This document shows, piece by piece, positions 22,600-33,885 of a stretch of 64,000 bases of DNA. The position numbers were made by a program, and so were the translations under genes. The stretch is taken from contig CDMY01000248.1 in NCBI GenBank assembly GCA_001179505.1, positions 1 through 64,000 on the forward strand, read 5' to 3'. A model generated the notes under the pieces. The model saw only the letters and a program-made list of their open reading frames with translations. It ran no database searches and had not been told where the DNA came from. Numbering within the stretch: the first letter of the stretch is position 1; the number at the start of each line of letters is the position of its first letter. This DNA comes from Vitrella brassicaformis CCMP3155. Taxonomy: Eukaryota > Protista > Chromerida.

Positions 22600-25559
22600 A
22601 TGGAGAAGCGGAAGGGCCGCGGGAGGGCGATGGACGACGCCATCGACCTGGAAGCAGACGACAAGAAAGTCGCAACCTTCCTCGGCACGCCACTCGTAAG
22701 CAGAACCTGACTCGCAGCAGCACGCGACAAATGATCCATGGCTTCTGGTTGGCCATTGCTGCAGTCCAAGAAAGATATAGATGAGCTGGACGAGGAGGAG
22801 CGGGCCAAGCGGCTGCGCGGCGTCAAACCATGGGAGCAGATTGTCACCGACGAGAAGGGTCGTAGGAGGTGAGTGGGCGAGGGAGGGAGGGAGACAGGCA
22901 GCACACGATCACATAGTTAGGTGTACGTGCCACGTTGTGTCAGGTTTCATGGCGCATTCACCGGAGGCTTCTCTGCCGGCTACTTCAACACCGTGGGCAC
23001 GGCAGAAGGTAACCATTGAACACCACAACAGATTCAGACACGGCGACGTTCTTGACACATGGATTCGGCTGCCGCTTCTCAGGCTGGGCTCCCAGCGAAT
23101 TCAGATCGTCACGCGACAAGCGAGGTGAGCATTGACACTGACCTGTGTGTATGCATGGGGGACCCGTGTCACTACGTCTCTTTCCTTGGTCTCCTTGCCT
23201 GTCAGCCGACCGCAGAGAGCAGCGCGTTGAGGACTTCATGGACGAAGAGGATCTGCAGGTACACTCACACGCAGTACACAGGCAACACAAACCCTCGTTG
23301 ACCCGCTCGGTCTTTCCGTTGCAGAGCGCTACTCTCGCCGGCCGCACCATCAAGACCACCTCTGAGTTCGCACCTCAGCGCCGCCCGCCCCCACCCAAAG
23401 CTGCAGAGGATGCGGATGCCGATGCTGACATGGGCGAGGGCGGCGAGGGGGAGGAGGAGGGGACCGGCGTGAGGGATCTCGGGCTGTCAAGCCATGTGGC
23501 GCAGATGATGGTCACTCCTACTGACGCATCCATCGGTGGGTGAGCCGGACAGACAGCCTGATGGAAGGAGAAGCGTAGAAGCAACAGCGACATCGCGTCT
23601 GTGTTGTATTTTTTGTCAGGTTTCCGTCTGCTCAAGGCGATGGGTTGGCGAGAGGGTCGGCCAGTCGGCATTGCCAAAGCCAAGAAGGCGCCCAAACACA
23701 TCCAAGAGGCCCTGGACAAGATGAAGGAGCAACCACAGCCCCCCAAGCACGACCAAGACGTGACGACCGACAGGAGCGGAGCCGCTGCTCCACCTCAAGA
23801 TGTAAAGCGAGAAGACACCGAGCAACCCGAGCCCAAGAAGGCCAAGCGTGTGATGGGCTGTGCCCTTCCCCCCTCTCTCGCCCTCCAACGCGACCGCGAG
23901 CGCGCCGCCCTCACTGGTGAGCTTGACCCCGAGGAGGAGCGGCTGCGTGAGGCCGAGGAGCGCCGCATGGAGCTCGAGAGGGACCTCCAGCTGCTGCTCA
24001 AACCCAAGACGGACTTCAAGGGCATCGGGTACGTCGGTGAGTCCCTCCGTGACCTCCTGGCGCCACCAAGCGTGACAGCAGCTGCCGGCAGCAGCAGCGA
24101 GGCAGGCGGTGAGGGCGGCAGGAGGAGGGTGGTACGCGGCGAGGCCTTCGGCATCGGCGCCTTCGAGGAGGCCGAGGAGTGGGAGGACATCTACCAGCTG
24201 GAGGACAAGAAGATCTTCCACAAGTCGCTCCCAGCTCCAGGCGACACCGAGGACGATGCACGGCCATCCCGCGGCCCTCGTGCGCTCGAAGGGCCAGCAG
24301 CCCCCCACGCCCTCACGGACCGAGAGCGACCTCAAGTGTTGGGCTTGCGCAAGACTGGTGAGCGGCGGTGCCAGACGGACGGGCGGCCCGCCCTACCAGG
24401 CTTTGTGCTCGGCGACTCGCCCCTTGTCCTGCCGACCCCCGAGCCACCGCCACCAGTGCCCTCCCATTTCAAGGGCCGGCACGTGCCGACGCGTGAAGAG
24501 CTGGAAGAGGCGGACAGCGAGGAGTTTCGGCAGCTGCTGGAGCACTTCAAGAGCGTCAGGCCGCTCAAGGAGGAGAGCAAGAAGGCCGCAGATGAGAAGA
24601 AGGGGCCGCTTGACCCGTCCAAGAGAGGGGAGATGCTCGGCGAGACGCCCCTCCCTGACCGTGACAGCGACCGGCATGACGGCAGCAAGACAGAGGGAGC
24701 GGCTGCGGCTGCTGCTGCTGGAGGGGGGCGAAAGGGAGGGGCGATGTGGGCTAGCATGTCGGCTGAGATGAAGCAGAACATTCTCGGTAGCCTCTTCCCC
24801 GGCCGCTCTTTCGTCCGTGGCGGCACGCAAGACATGGGCGGCGAGAGGAAGGCCCTCCACAACCAGCCCTTCGAGAAAGACGCCGAGAAGCAAAAGCGGT
24901 ACGAGCGATTCTGCGACGCTCTGGAGGGCCGCGTGCAGCCATCGCAGGCCTACGCCGACGACGAGAAGATGGGCAAGGCGGCCGCAGCCCGCGAGCGAGA
25001 GGAGTTCGGTCGCGTCTACAAGCTGTTCCGCCAGAGCCACCCCGAGGCCCCCAGCACGCCAGCAGCCATCGAGCAGGCCGAAAAGGAAGAGGGCAATGCC
25101 GGGGGCGGCGTCGGGCTGCCCAATGCGCCGCCTAGCGACCCCGGCAAGCCAGTGCGCACGTCATGCAACTGGAAGCCCGAGCGGCTGCTATGCCGTCGAT
25201 TCGGTGTCCCCGACCCGTGGGCGAAGCAGCCCTTCTTCGATGACTCACGCGAGAGCGAGGGGGCGGCAGGGGGAGGCCTGCCGTCATTTCTCGACATTGT
25301 GCAGCGGGGCGTGCAGGCGGCATCGGCTGTCGGGCCTATGGGTGGGCAGATGACGATGGATGTGGGTGGCTTTGGCCCTGCTCCTGGGCTGGTTCCGCCG
25401 CAGCCGATTGCGCAGCAGAACGGTGCGGCTGCTGCAGCTGCAACTGCGATGGATGAGTGTGTGGAGGAGAAGGAGATGGAGCCAGAGTTGCCGCGGCCGC
25501 CAATTAGCCTTTTCAAGGCGATTTTCGAGTCAGATAGTGAGGGGGAGGAGGGTGGGTGA
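22600..25559 (+). CDS. GPATCH1: G-patch domain-containing protein 1 (GPATCH1/TGH-like splicing factor)
   Basis: DUF1604-type motif [12 protein letters not shown]|[21 protein letters not shown]|[11 protein letters not shown]...EDFMDEED; G-patch SIG|[16 protein letters not shown]; long last exon (ORF 23601-25559) ending [15 protein letters not shown]. Confidence 0.92.
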
Positions 25560-26135
25560 GGGCGGGTGAGTCTGAGTCTGTGAATGGGGCCTCTGCTGTT
25601 CGGGTTGTGGTTTGTAGTCGCTCTTCTACCGACGCTCAGAAGGCGGCAGACAGATCAGGTCGCCTTCTGTTGGTCGGCGGAGAGGGCAGAACAAACCTGA
25701 ACGCCGATAGCAGGCCTGGTGTGTTGGCGCGCGAAAAGATGGCAATGAGAGCCGATGTCTGCCCGTTTCTGTTGTGCACGTGCTTATTTGCTGTGTCGTG
25801 TGATGTTCTGCACCGCTTTGCCGGGATGCTCCTCTCTTCTCAACGATATTTGAGAGAAGGGGTTCTTCCCGTATTGAGAGCTAGGACACCTCGACAGGCA
25901 AATGGGCCAAACACATGGCAATGTAGGCAATGTGTCGCGATTTGGACGTTCACTAGTTGACAACAGACGCATAGAATGGTCAACCCGTGTCTCACGCTTA
26001 TACACATCCATCCATCCAGCCATCCATCCCTCCCTCCACGTTCGAACAAAGCAAGAACAGATATGACAACAGATATAAAATGTAGACAGCGGTGGAAAGC
26101 TCTTCATCTTCAGCTCAGCACACCGCAACCACACA

Positions 26136-27436
26136 TCACAGATGTGGCACACAGACACGAACGATGCCTTCTGTGTCAATCTGTGTCTCCCGTTTTCTTG
26201 TCCTGAAACCGCGGCATACACGAGTGTAAGCCGTCTTCAACAGGTGGGCCATGTCGATCTCACACTCCTGCCCCGAGGCTAGCGACGACACGAAAACACC
26301 GTGGTTGACGAGGGCGTCGCGATACTGCTTGTCCTCCTCGTCAGTTGCCGCTGGATCGGCGTAGATCAATAGTTCCTTGAAGAGCCGAATACTTGTTCGC
26401 TTCATGAGTTCGAAGAAGCTTTATCTGTGCGTATAGAGATGAGACATGACAAGAATTCGATGACAATCCTTTCCATCGGACATACTTGGACGTTTCTGAG
26501 TGTCCGCGTGGTGCTCTTGTGTCCGAGTGGGCAGGTTGGGNNNNNNNNNNNNNNNNNNNNNNNNNNNNNNNNNNNNNNNNNNNNNNNNNNNNNNNNNNNN
26601 NNNNNNNNNNNNNNNNNNNNNNNNNNNNNNNNNNNNNNNNNNNNNNNNNNNNNNNNNNNNNNNNNNNNNNNNNNNNNNNNNNNNNNNNNNNNNNNNNNNN
26701 NNNNNNNNNNNNNNNNNNNNNNNNNNNNNNNNNNNNNNNNNNNNNNNNNNNNNNNNNNNNNNNNNNNNNNNNNNNNNNNNNNNNNNNNNNNNNNNNNNNN
26801 NNNNNNNNNNNNNNNNNNNNNNNNNNNNNNNNNNNNNNNNGGGGGGGGGGGGGGGGTTGGCTGACTGTGGTGTGGGTGGTCTGGGCGGTAACGGCGTCGA
26901 TGAATCTTCGCAGAAGTTGATGAGTTGCCTGGCTTGACGCTGCTCTCTCGCCGATAGCACATGCGAGCCAAGTGTAATGTGAGGAGCCTCCTTGGCAATC
27001 TCGGCCGCCTGATCGATAGGGGATTCCCACCTTGATCTCATAGATTGCTCATCGTGACCCAGGGAGTTCAGGATCCGAATGGCGTTTTCAGCACATAGAG
27101 GGGGCGGGGACAGAATCCCGTCCTTCTTCATGAGGTCCGCCCGGTGGCTGCGGCAACTGATAGATGCAGGGCCCTGACGTGACTTCGCCTCCCTCGCCTC
27201 GAATCTCTGACACCTGCACCATACACACAAATGTTCGTGGACATTCCTGAATAACCGCTTACGTACCATCGTTGATAATTGTTCAACGCTACGAGGAAGC
27301 ATTGTGCTCGATACGGCAACCGCGACTGTCTGTCCGCACGGTGGAGGGGCGGGCGAAGGACAAGGACGAGTGCTGTCCCGAGAAGCTGCCTTGTATGGGG
27401 GCGGGAGGGATTGCGGCCGGATTCAAATATAGCCAA
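26136..27436 (-). CDS. Hypothetical multi-exon protein spanning an assembly gap
   Basis: Coding-like segments MKKDGILSPPPLCAENAIRILNSLGHDEQSMRS, AAEIAKEAPHITLGSHVLSAREQRQARQLINFCED and FELMKRTSIRLFKELLIYADPAATDEEDKQYRDALVNHGVFVSSL with plausible splice sites; no family recognised; start uncertain. Confidence 0.4.
26541..26840. other. Assembly gap (300 N)
   Basis: Run of N followed by poly-G. Confidence 1.
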
Positions 27437-27597
27437 AAAAGTCGTGATGTCTCGTCGCCATCCGTAAAATTACTGATGGTCTTCCCTCCAGAGTCTGTTT
27501 GCTCCCAAGAGTTTGAACAATACAAGTGAAAAGTCTCCGTCTCACGCACGTCAGTCGCGTCACGCACACACACGTACAGACAGGCAGGCACACGGCA

Positions 27598-30500
27598 TCA
27601 CCTCATGAAGAACACTATGTACAGGACGAGCAATGCCACTCCACAGAGCTCCACAATGACGACAGTCTTGGGCAAATCCAGCATGTACTGTTGCAAAATG
27701 ATGGCCAGCACCAGCACAGCCGCCAGCATCGACATCATCATACGCTTCCAACGCTTTTCCGCCTAATCACATAGACAGAGAGAGAGAGGGACGTGGACCT
27801 GCTGCATGGGCTGTCGTGATGAGTTTACCTCTTTGGCATAGTCCGACATTCTGAGGGCGAATCCTGTGGTGGTGATATATTGGCGATTCTCCGTCACCTG
27901 ATGAGAGTGTAAGTAAATAAGAAGGAAAGGAAGACACATTGATCAGGGTTGGGGGGGGGGAGGCGTCGCTTTACTGACTGCGGGCAGGTGTGGGTCTTTG
28001 TTTGGCTCCTCGCGACCTTTGCCAACTGGGGACTGGGTTGCCTGCACGTACACGGGCATTAGTGCGCTCAACTCGCTGTGTCTCCGTGCCTACCATGAGC
28101 TTCGGGACAATCGAGATCTCAACGTGAACATCCCCTCTCGCCTGCTGTGGGTAGGCCGGATGGGTCATGCGCAGCCACGCCTGAGGCAGCTTGACTATGT
28201 CTTTCCGTTTTCGGGCCTGGCAGACACGCGGCAACAAGTAGCCATGCTCCACGAGAAACCACGGTCCCCTTGACCTTGAGCAGGTCGCCGCCGAGATCCA
28301 CTGTGCACTCGCTCAGGGCGTCGTTTGCTGAGATTATATTGCGATTCCACACCTGGCGACCGATACAGAAGGATGACAAGTCACCAGTCTCTCTCTGGCT
28401 GTGTCTCTCACTTGGAACTTGAGTGTAGGAAATTTCGGCGGCACGTCGACCATGAAGACGAACCGCCAATTGAAGGTCGCGGTCCCATCCTGAATGCAAT
28501 GAGATAAAGCCGATTGCTTGCGAGGGCGGCCGGTGTGTCTCATCTTGCCTGCGAGTTCCAGTGTGTGTCGGTGTCTTGATCGACTGTCTTGCCGTCGTCA
28601 TTGGTGAAAATGCCCCGTACGAACACGGACACAGTCTTCTGGCTGTCCAGGGGGATGTTCTGATGGCACAAGGCACCCAGGCATGGCCATCGGGTGTGAC
28701 AAATCGGGCTCGCCTCACCCTGCATTTCCACACAACGATTCGTATTTGGAAGGGCTCTGCCTCCTGAGACATCAAACTCTCCACAGGCCTTCGGCAACAA
28801 CCCAAGAAGCGCACACATTCATCAGCCGTCTTTCTTTGTGTCCTGTCGGGTGTCACCTAAGCTGCGCATCTTCAGCTGTGAGCACCTCACACCAGCCGCG
28901 AAAGGTGCCGTGGCTGAGTAATGACCCGTCTGTGAGGAGCTGCCGCTCTTCTATGGGTATCTGTTTGTCGCTCTGCATCAGCTGTCTCCACCGTGGGTGG
29001 AACCACCGATCCTCCAGGTCTATCAATGTGCGGCCGATGGCCTCGTCGGCGAGGGAGCCCGACGTCCTGTGAACACAGAAGCGCCAATCAGCAGAATACG
29101 TGCGCGAGGGCGGGCTTTGTTGCTTACCTATTCATGACAGAGACGCTGAGAAGTGTGCACTCTGGGAAAAAGCAGTCGAGCTGGTAGCATTTGTTGAACT
29201 CTGGATTTCTTGAAAGCACTGCGTTGCTTGAATCGCGGACCGTGTGGAAGCCCTCCAAGTGCTCTGGGCCGTTCGTCAGCCATAGATAAGCCCTGACAAG
29301 CAGGCAGACAAGCAATCGATCCCATTGCTACTCATCCTTTCGTCTCACCTTGGGTCTCTCACGGCGCTGCGGGCCAGGAGGCTGTGTGCTGATAAAGCGT
29401 ATACACGGACAGTGAGGTTCTTGGCCTCCTCAATAGCATTCTTCAGATCTTCGATCTTAGACTTATCTCTGATAAAAGGACCAGCCGAGGAAGGATTGAC
29501 AAGCCTTCCGTGAGTTGTACGCCTTCTGCCCACCTTCTCATCCCCTCTGGCACGACCTGGCAGATGAACTTGAGGTACCCCACTGTCTCCGGCTCTCCAA
29601 TCACATTGGCCTTGAATATCGGCACCGTCGTATACGGCAGCTCATTTGCATCGAGGTCGCGCTCCAGCTCGCATGTCATTTCCGGCCGGTCGTCAGCGAT
29701 GGCCGTGTCATCGTCCACACGCCACTCGAAGTCGGCTAAATCATCGGCGAGTGCGGATGTGATGCCGAAGTCCGGCATTTGGTTGTCTGGGAAGACGGCC
29801 TCGAAGTGGTCAATGTGGTATGAATGCTGGTTCAGCATGGCGGGGTTTTCGAGGGGAATCTGTAGGGTGGGGTCGCGAGCTCGAAGGGCTTCGATGGTGC
29901 CCTCCTGCTGGAAAGAAAAGAGCAGTGAAGAGGGAAGTGCAGCAGTAGGTGGTGTCGCCTGTTACCGTTTCTTCATCACTGTCGGCCTCTGCCGTCTGCA
30001 GGAGGATCGACAACAGGCTTGACGGGGGTTGCGTCTCCATGTGTTGCATTTCTTACAAAGGACATGACTGTGGAGCGTCTTTGTCTGGTGCGAAAGATGG
30101 AGGCGCGAGATATCTCATTGCAAGCCATTCGCTTCTCGATCTCATGGATCTCGTGTGAGGTCAAGTGGCGAAAGTCATCCCGCAGCTGCGACAAGAGGAA
30201 AGTGGATGCATGTCTCACCCACCAATGCAGCAGCGGTTATGCTTACATCTCTTCTCTGCTCTTCTGTGAGTCACGGGTAGAAGGGGTTGAGATGGATGTA
30301 TGCGTGGCCTATTTCGACGTGGCCAAACGCCGCCCTGTCCAGCACTGTCACCTCCAGGTTGCTCTATACGTCACACGAAACCTGTGACACACCTGTCGCG
30401 TTGTCTCGCTGTGAACGACCCACCTGATATATTGGGTTCTTGTAGAGATCGACTTCGATCTCCATGGTCTCGAGGTAATTGTACTTACCACCCGCTCCCT

Positions 30501-33500
30501 CCTCGGGCTCGGTGGTCGCGTCGGCCCATAGAGGCTCCTCGGTCTTCTTGGAATCTCTGACGGAAGCGGAGGAGACACAAACATATCACCTTAGTCGACA
30601 TGACCTTCCATAGCAGCTGACCTTCCATAGCAGACCTCAACCAAAGGCTGTGACTGTGGTGTGACCACGGAGCTGTGAAGGCGAACACCTGAAAGGCACA
30701 CCCAGACGCAGTTGGAATATGTGCTCATGCATCTCTCAGTCGGCTCACCCATGACAAAGAGGTCCACAGTGCAGAATTTGCTGCGCGGGCTGATGTCGGC
30801 GCAAAATGGGTAGCTGTCGATCTCCTTCTTGGGCACCAGCTCAAATGAACACAGTATCTTGGCCCTGATTGCTTGAGTTTGTTCACCCTCGATGTCGAAC
30901 CTAAACATGTAATGCCGAGAAACGTACACGGACACACACATCTCGGCGCTTAAAACGGAGCCGTCACGGGCAGACCATTTTGGATCGTCCAGCCACTCCT
31001 TCGGGATCTTGTTTAAGGGATATCGCAGCGACCCCAGCAGCTCATCGCTCCCAATCCAGTCGCAGTCATAGACTTCCAGCAGCAGGTCGGGGGCGAGGGC
31101 CAAATTCTCGGGCAGTGACAGCTCGAACTCTAGCGCCTCAAACCAGCACGGCATGAGTGCCTGCTTGATGACTTTCGTCATGCGAGACTCCCCAGCGAGG
31201 GAAACCTTGACATATGGGTCCGACAGACCGTCCACATCAGAGATGGGGAGGTTCACAGCTTGATATAGAAAAGTCCTGGACAGTTGCAAGGAAGGAAATC
31301 GCCTCGACACTGCTGATCCTAGCTACGTAGAACCGACGAACCTGCAAACATAGCGTGATAGACGGTACTCCATTCGTGGCTTCCGTGGCCGGGCAGCAAT
31401 CTGCAACCGCAGTACATACCGTCAGCCTTTCGTCGACTGACCGCACACACGTACCTGGCTGGCCGGAATGCATATGCACGAGGCAAGAAGGAAGCCGCCC
31501 GTCTTCTGCACGTCGTCTGTGGTGCTCCGCACAGGCTTGAGTGAATACCATCTCGGCTTGAAGTTGGCCTGCATCATCTGTCGGACCGGCAGCGTCACGT
31601 ACGCCGTCTCCTCCGACTGAAGGCCCCAAATGCCCTGACGAATGGAAACAAGAGAGAAGAGAGCGAGTAAAAAGCATGAAGACATGAGACAAGGGCTGGT
31701 CGATCGAGCACCTTTGTGTATAGATTGATGATGAGATCATAGGACATTGAGGGCTCGGGGAGAAAGAGCTTCTCGGCTTCCATGCGACCCTGAGACGGCG
31801 AACAACTGACGTCAACCATAGTCAGTCACAACTGGATGTGCTGACTTACGTCTTTGTCTTTGAATATGAATGCACCCGATCGCTCCTTCAAAGCCGGCAG
31901 ACGAATCACCTTCGGCCCTATCTGAACCTCGACCTGCACAAACATTCATGCACAGAACCTGAAGAATGCAAGACAGCCTCATTTTCTCTCCATACCTGCA
32001 CTTCGGTGGGCAGGTTCCCCCCCACGGCCACCCCCGAGACCTCATACAAGTCCACCCACAGCTCGTATTCCTGCAGCTCGGGCTCCGTCACTGGCGCACA
32101 CTTCACCACCTCAGCTGGACAGTACAGTAAACAAGTCAAGAAGAGGATCCAGCCGAAATTCTCGGCACGGTGTTGGCCTCACGTGTCGGGCTGGCCATCT
32201 TTTGGACCGATGCTGATATTAGGATTCTCCCGCCGTAGCTTGTAGGCTCCCTCCGAGCCGCGCTCATCATGCCGGCAACCTTCCTGACACAGGACAAGGG
32301 TGATTGCCCAAGACGGGCAGGCCGGCACTTGCCTCTACTTGAGGAAGCCTTCGGCCGGCGGGTGCCAGTAGAAGTTGACCCATCGCGGCTCCAAAGCCTG
32401 TTTTACTATCTCCGAGAAGCTGCGGGCAAGACGGAGCACAAACACAGCATTACATGGTGTCTGGGCTATGGATACGAACAAACGAATGAGAGTACCCGAG
32501 AGTTGTCTTTCCGATCAGGTTATGCTTGCCTGACTCCTCAAAATCCCACACTTCGACCTGGATGGTGTTCTCCATACACGGCACCACCTGATACGGAGGA
32601 ATAGGACGGCTTGGCATGCGATGGTCTTTTTGTGACAGTGTGTCTCATATGGCGGCCCTCACTCACGGCTGGCAGCTTGATGGTCTGATTGAAGTTGGGA
32701 TGCTGAGTATTGCGAAACACCTCCGTCGACAGGTTGACACCCAGGAAGCGAACCGTCACGAAAGGGTCCCAATACTGATGCTTTGCTTCACGGCGCCGCT
32801 CATCACTAGCCATCCAGGCAATGTCCTGACCTCTGCAAGCAACAACAGAATGTTCTTCGTTGCGTCTCTCGGTTTGTCTGACCGTCATACTTGTGTACAT
32901 TGACGCACAGGTGGTAATACGTCATTCTCAGCTCTGGCGTGGCCAGCACTCGGTCCATCATCGACTTGCCCGAGTCGTCTTCCATCTCGCCCGCCTCGTC
33001 CGTCGGCATCTGATCGCCTGGGCCAAACACACCTGCACCAAGACGCCCATGCAGAGGCATGGCAACATCTGTGTTGTGTGAGTAGAGCTACCGAGAGACA
33101 CTTTGAGGAATCCCTTCGGCTCTGACGGTCTGTCGGGCTGGGCGAGAGCAACCCATTGCCGCGACAGGAAGTGCTCGTTCTGCCTGTAGATCATTTCATA
33201 CGAAAAGCTGTACCTGCACCAGCACGACAGAAAGCCACAGAACCATACATACCCTCCATTCCCCTTCCCGTCTCAGCCAGCGCCTACATGCCGATCATCT
33301 CCTGTTTGAAGAAGGTGGCGTGAAGCACCTTGATCTCGATGCCAGGCCGCTGGAACTCCGCCCGATCCAGCGACACATTACTAAACAGAAATGTCTGCTG
33401 GAAAGGACACGACGCCGTTGACTTCTTCCGAGGCGTGGCCCGCGTCTCCCCTGCAGGACAGGTGTGAGTCAATAAGCATTGCAGTGGCATCTCTGCAGTG

Positions 33501-33645
33501 CAGTGTCTGTCTCACCGGCCACAGTGACCTCCACCATTGGGTTCGGCATCTCCGAGCGGGCCACATTGCTGCGCTTGGGCGTCCATCGTAGATCCTGGAC
33601 CTCGAATATCTCCACCTTCACGACATAGTCCAGCCTCTTCGCCAT
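27598..33645 (-). CDS. Ferlin-family multi-C2-domain membrane protein
   Basis: C2 domains: MAKRLDYVVKVEIFEVQDL...PNPMVEVTV; DPFVTVRFLG...VFRNTQHPNFNQTIKLP; LYQAVNLPISDVDGLSDPYVKVSL...PCWFEALEF...LLLEVYDCDWIGSDELLG. Ferlin signatures FLSRQWVAL...KGFLKVSL, IGRTLIDLEDRWF, FQIRIVVWKC, DQDTDTHWNSQ|DGTATFNWRFVF, PVGKGREEPN. Hydrophobic C-terminus, stop at 27598. Confidence 0.92.
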
Positions 33646-33768
33646 CACGCTGAGGGCAAAAGGGCGAAGCGGAGAGAAGAAGAAAGAGGCGGAGGAGATC
33701 TAGTGGAGACCAAAGATGACGACGAGCACTGCAAAAAGAGAGGAAAAGGGGGGGGGACGTCTGCAAGA

Positions 33769-33791
33769 TTAGCTCGCAGTTTGAGCTCGCA
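33769..33791 (+). promoter_or_regulatory. Tandem pair of AGCTCGCA in the ferlin/F-box-ATPase divergent spacer
   Basis: ttagctcgca at 33769-33778 and tgagctcgca(aatg) at 33782-33791. Confidence 0.5.
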
Positions 33792-33885
33792 AATGACGGG
33801 AGGCGGGGATGAGCTACGTCATTGTGTCCTGGAGCGTACGTCTAGCATAGCGCAGCCTTTGTGACGCCTTCCGTAGAATCGCAGG

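Noticed and set aside
23616-25516. Long antisense and alternate-frame ORFs over GPATCH1 (similar ones over CEP290, the kinase and the SDR)
   Set aside because: Shadow ORFs expected in GC-rich coding DNA; no motifs.
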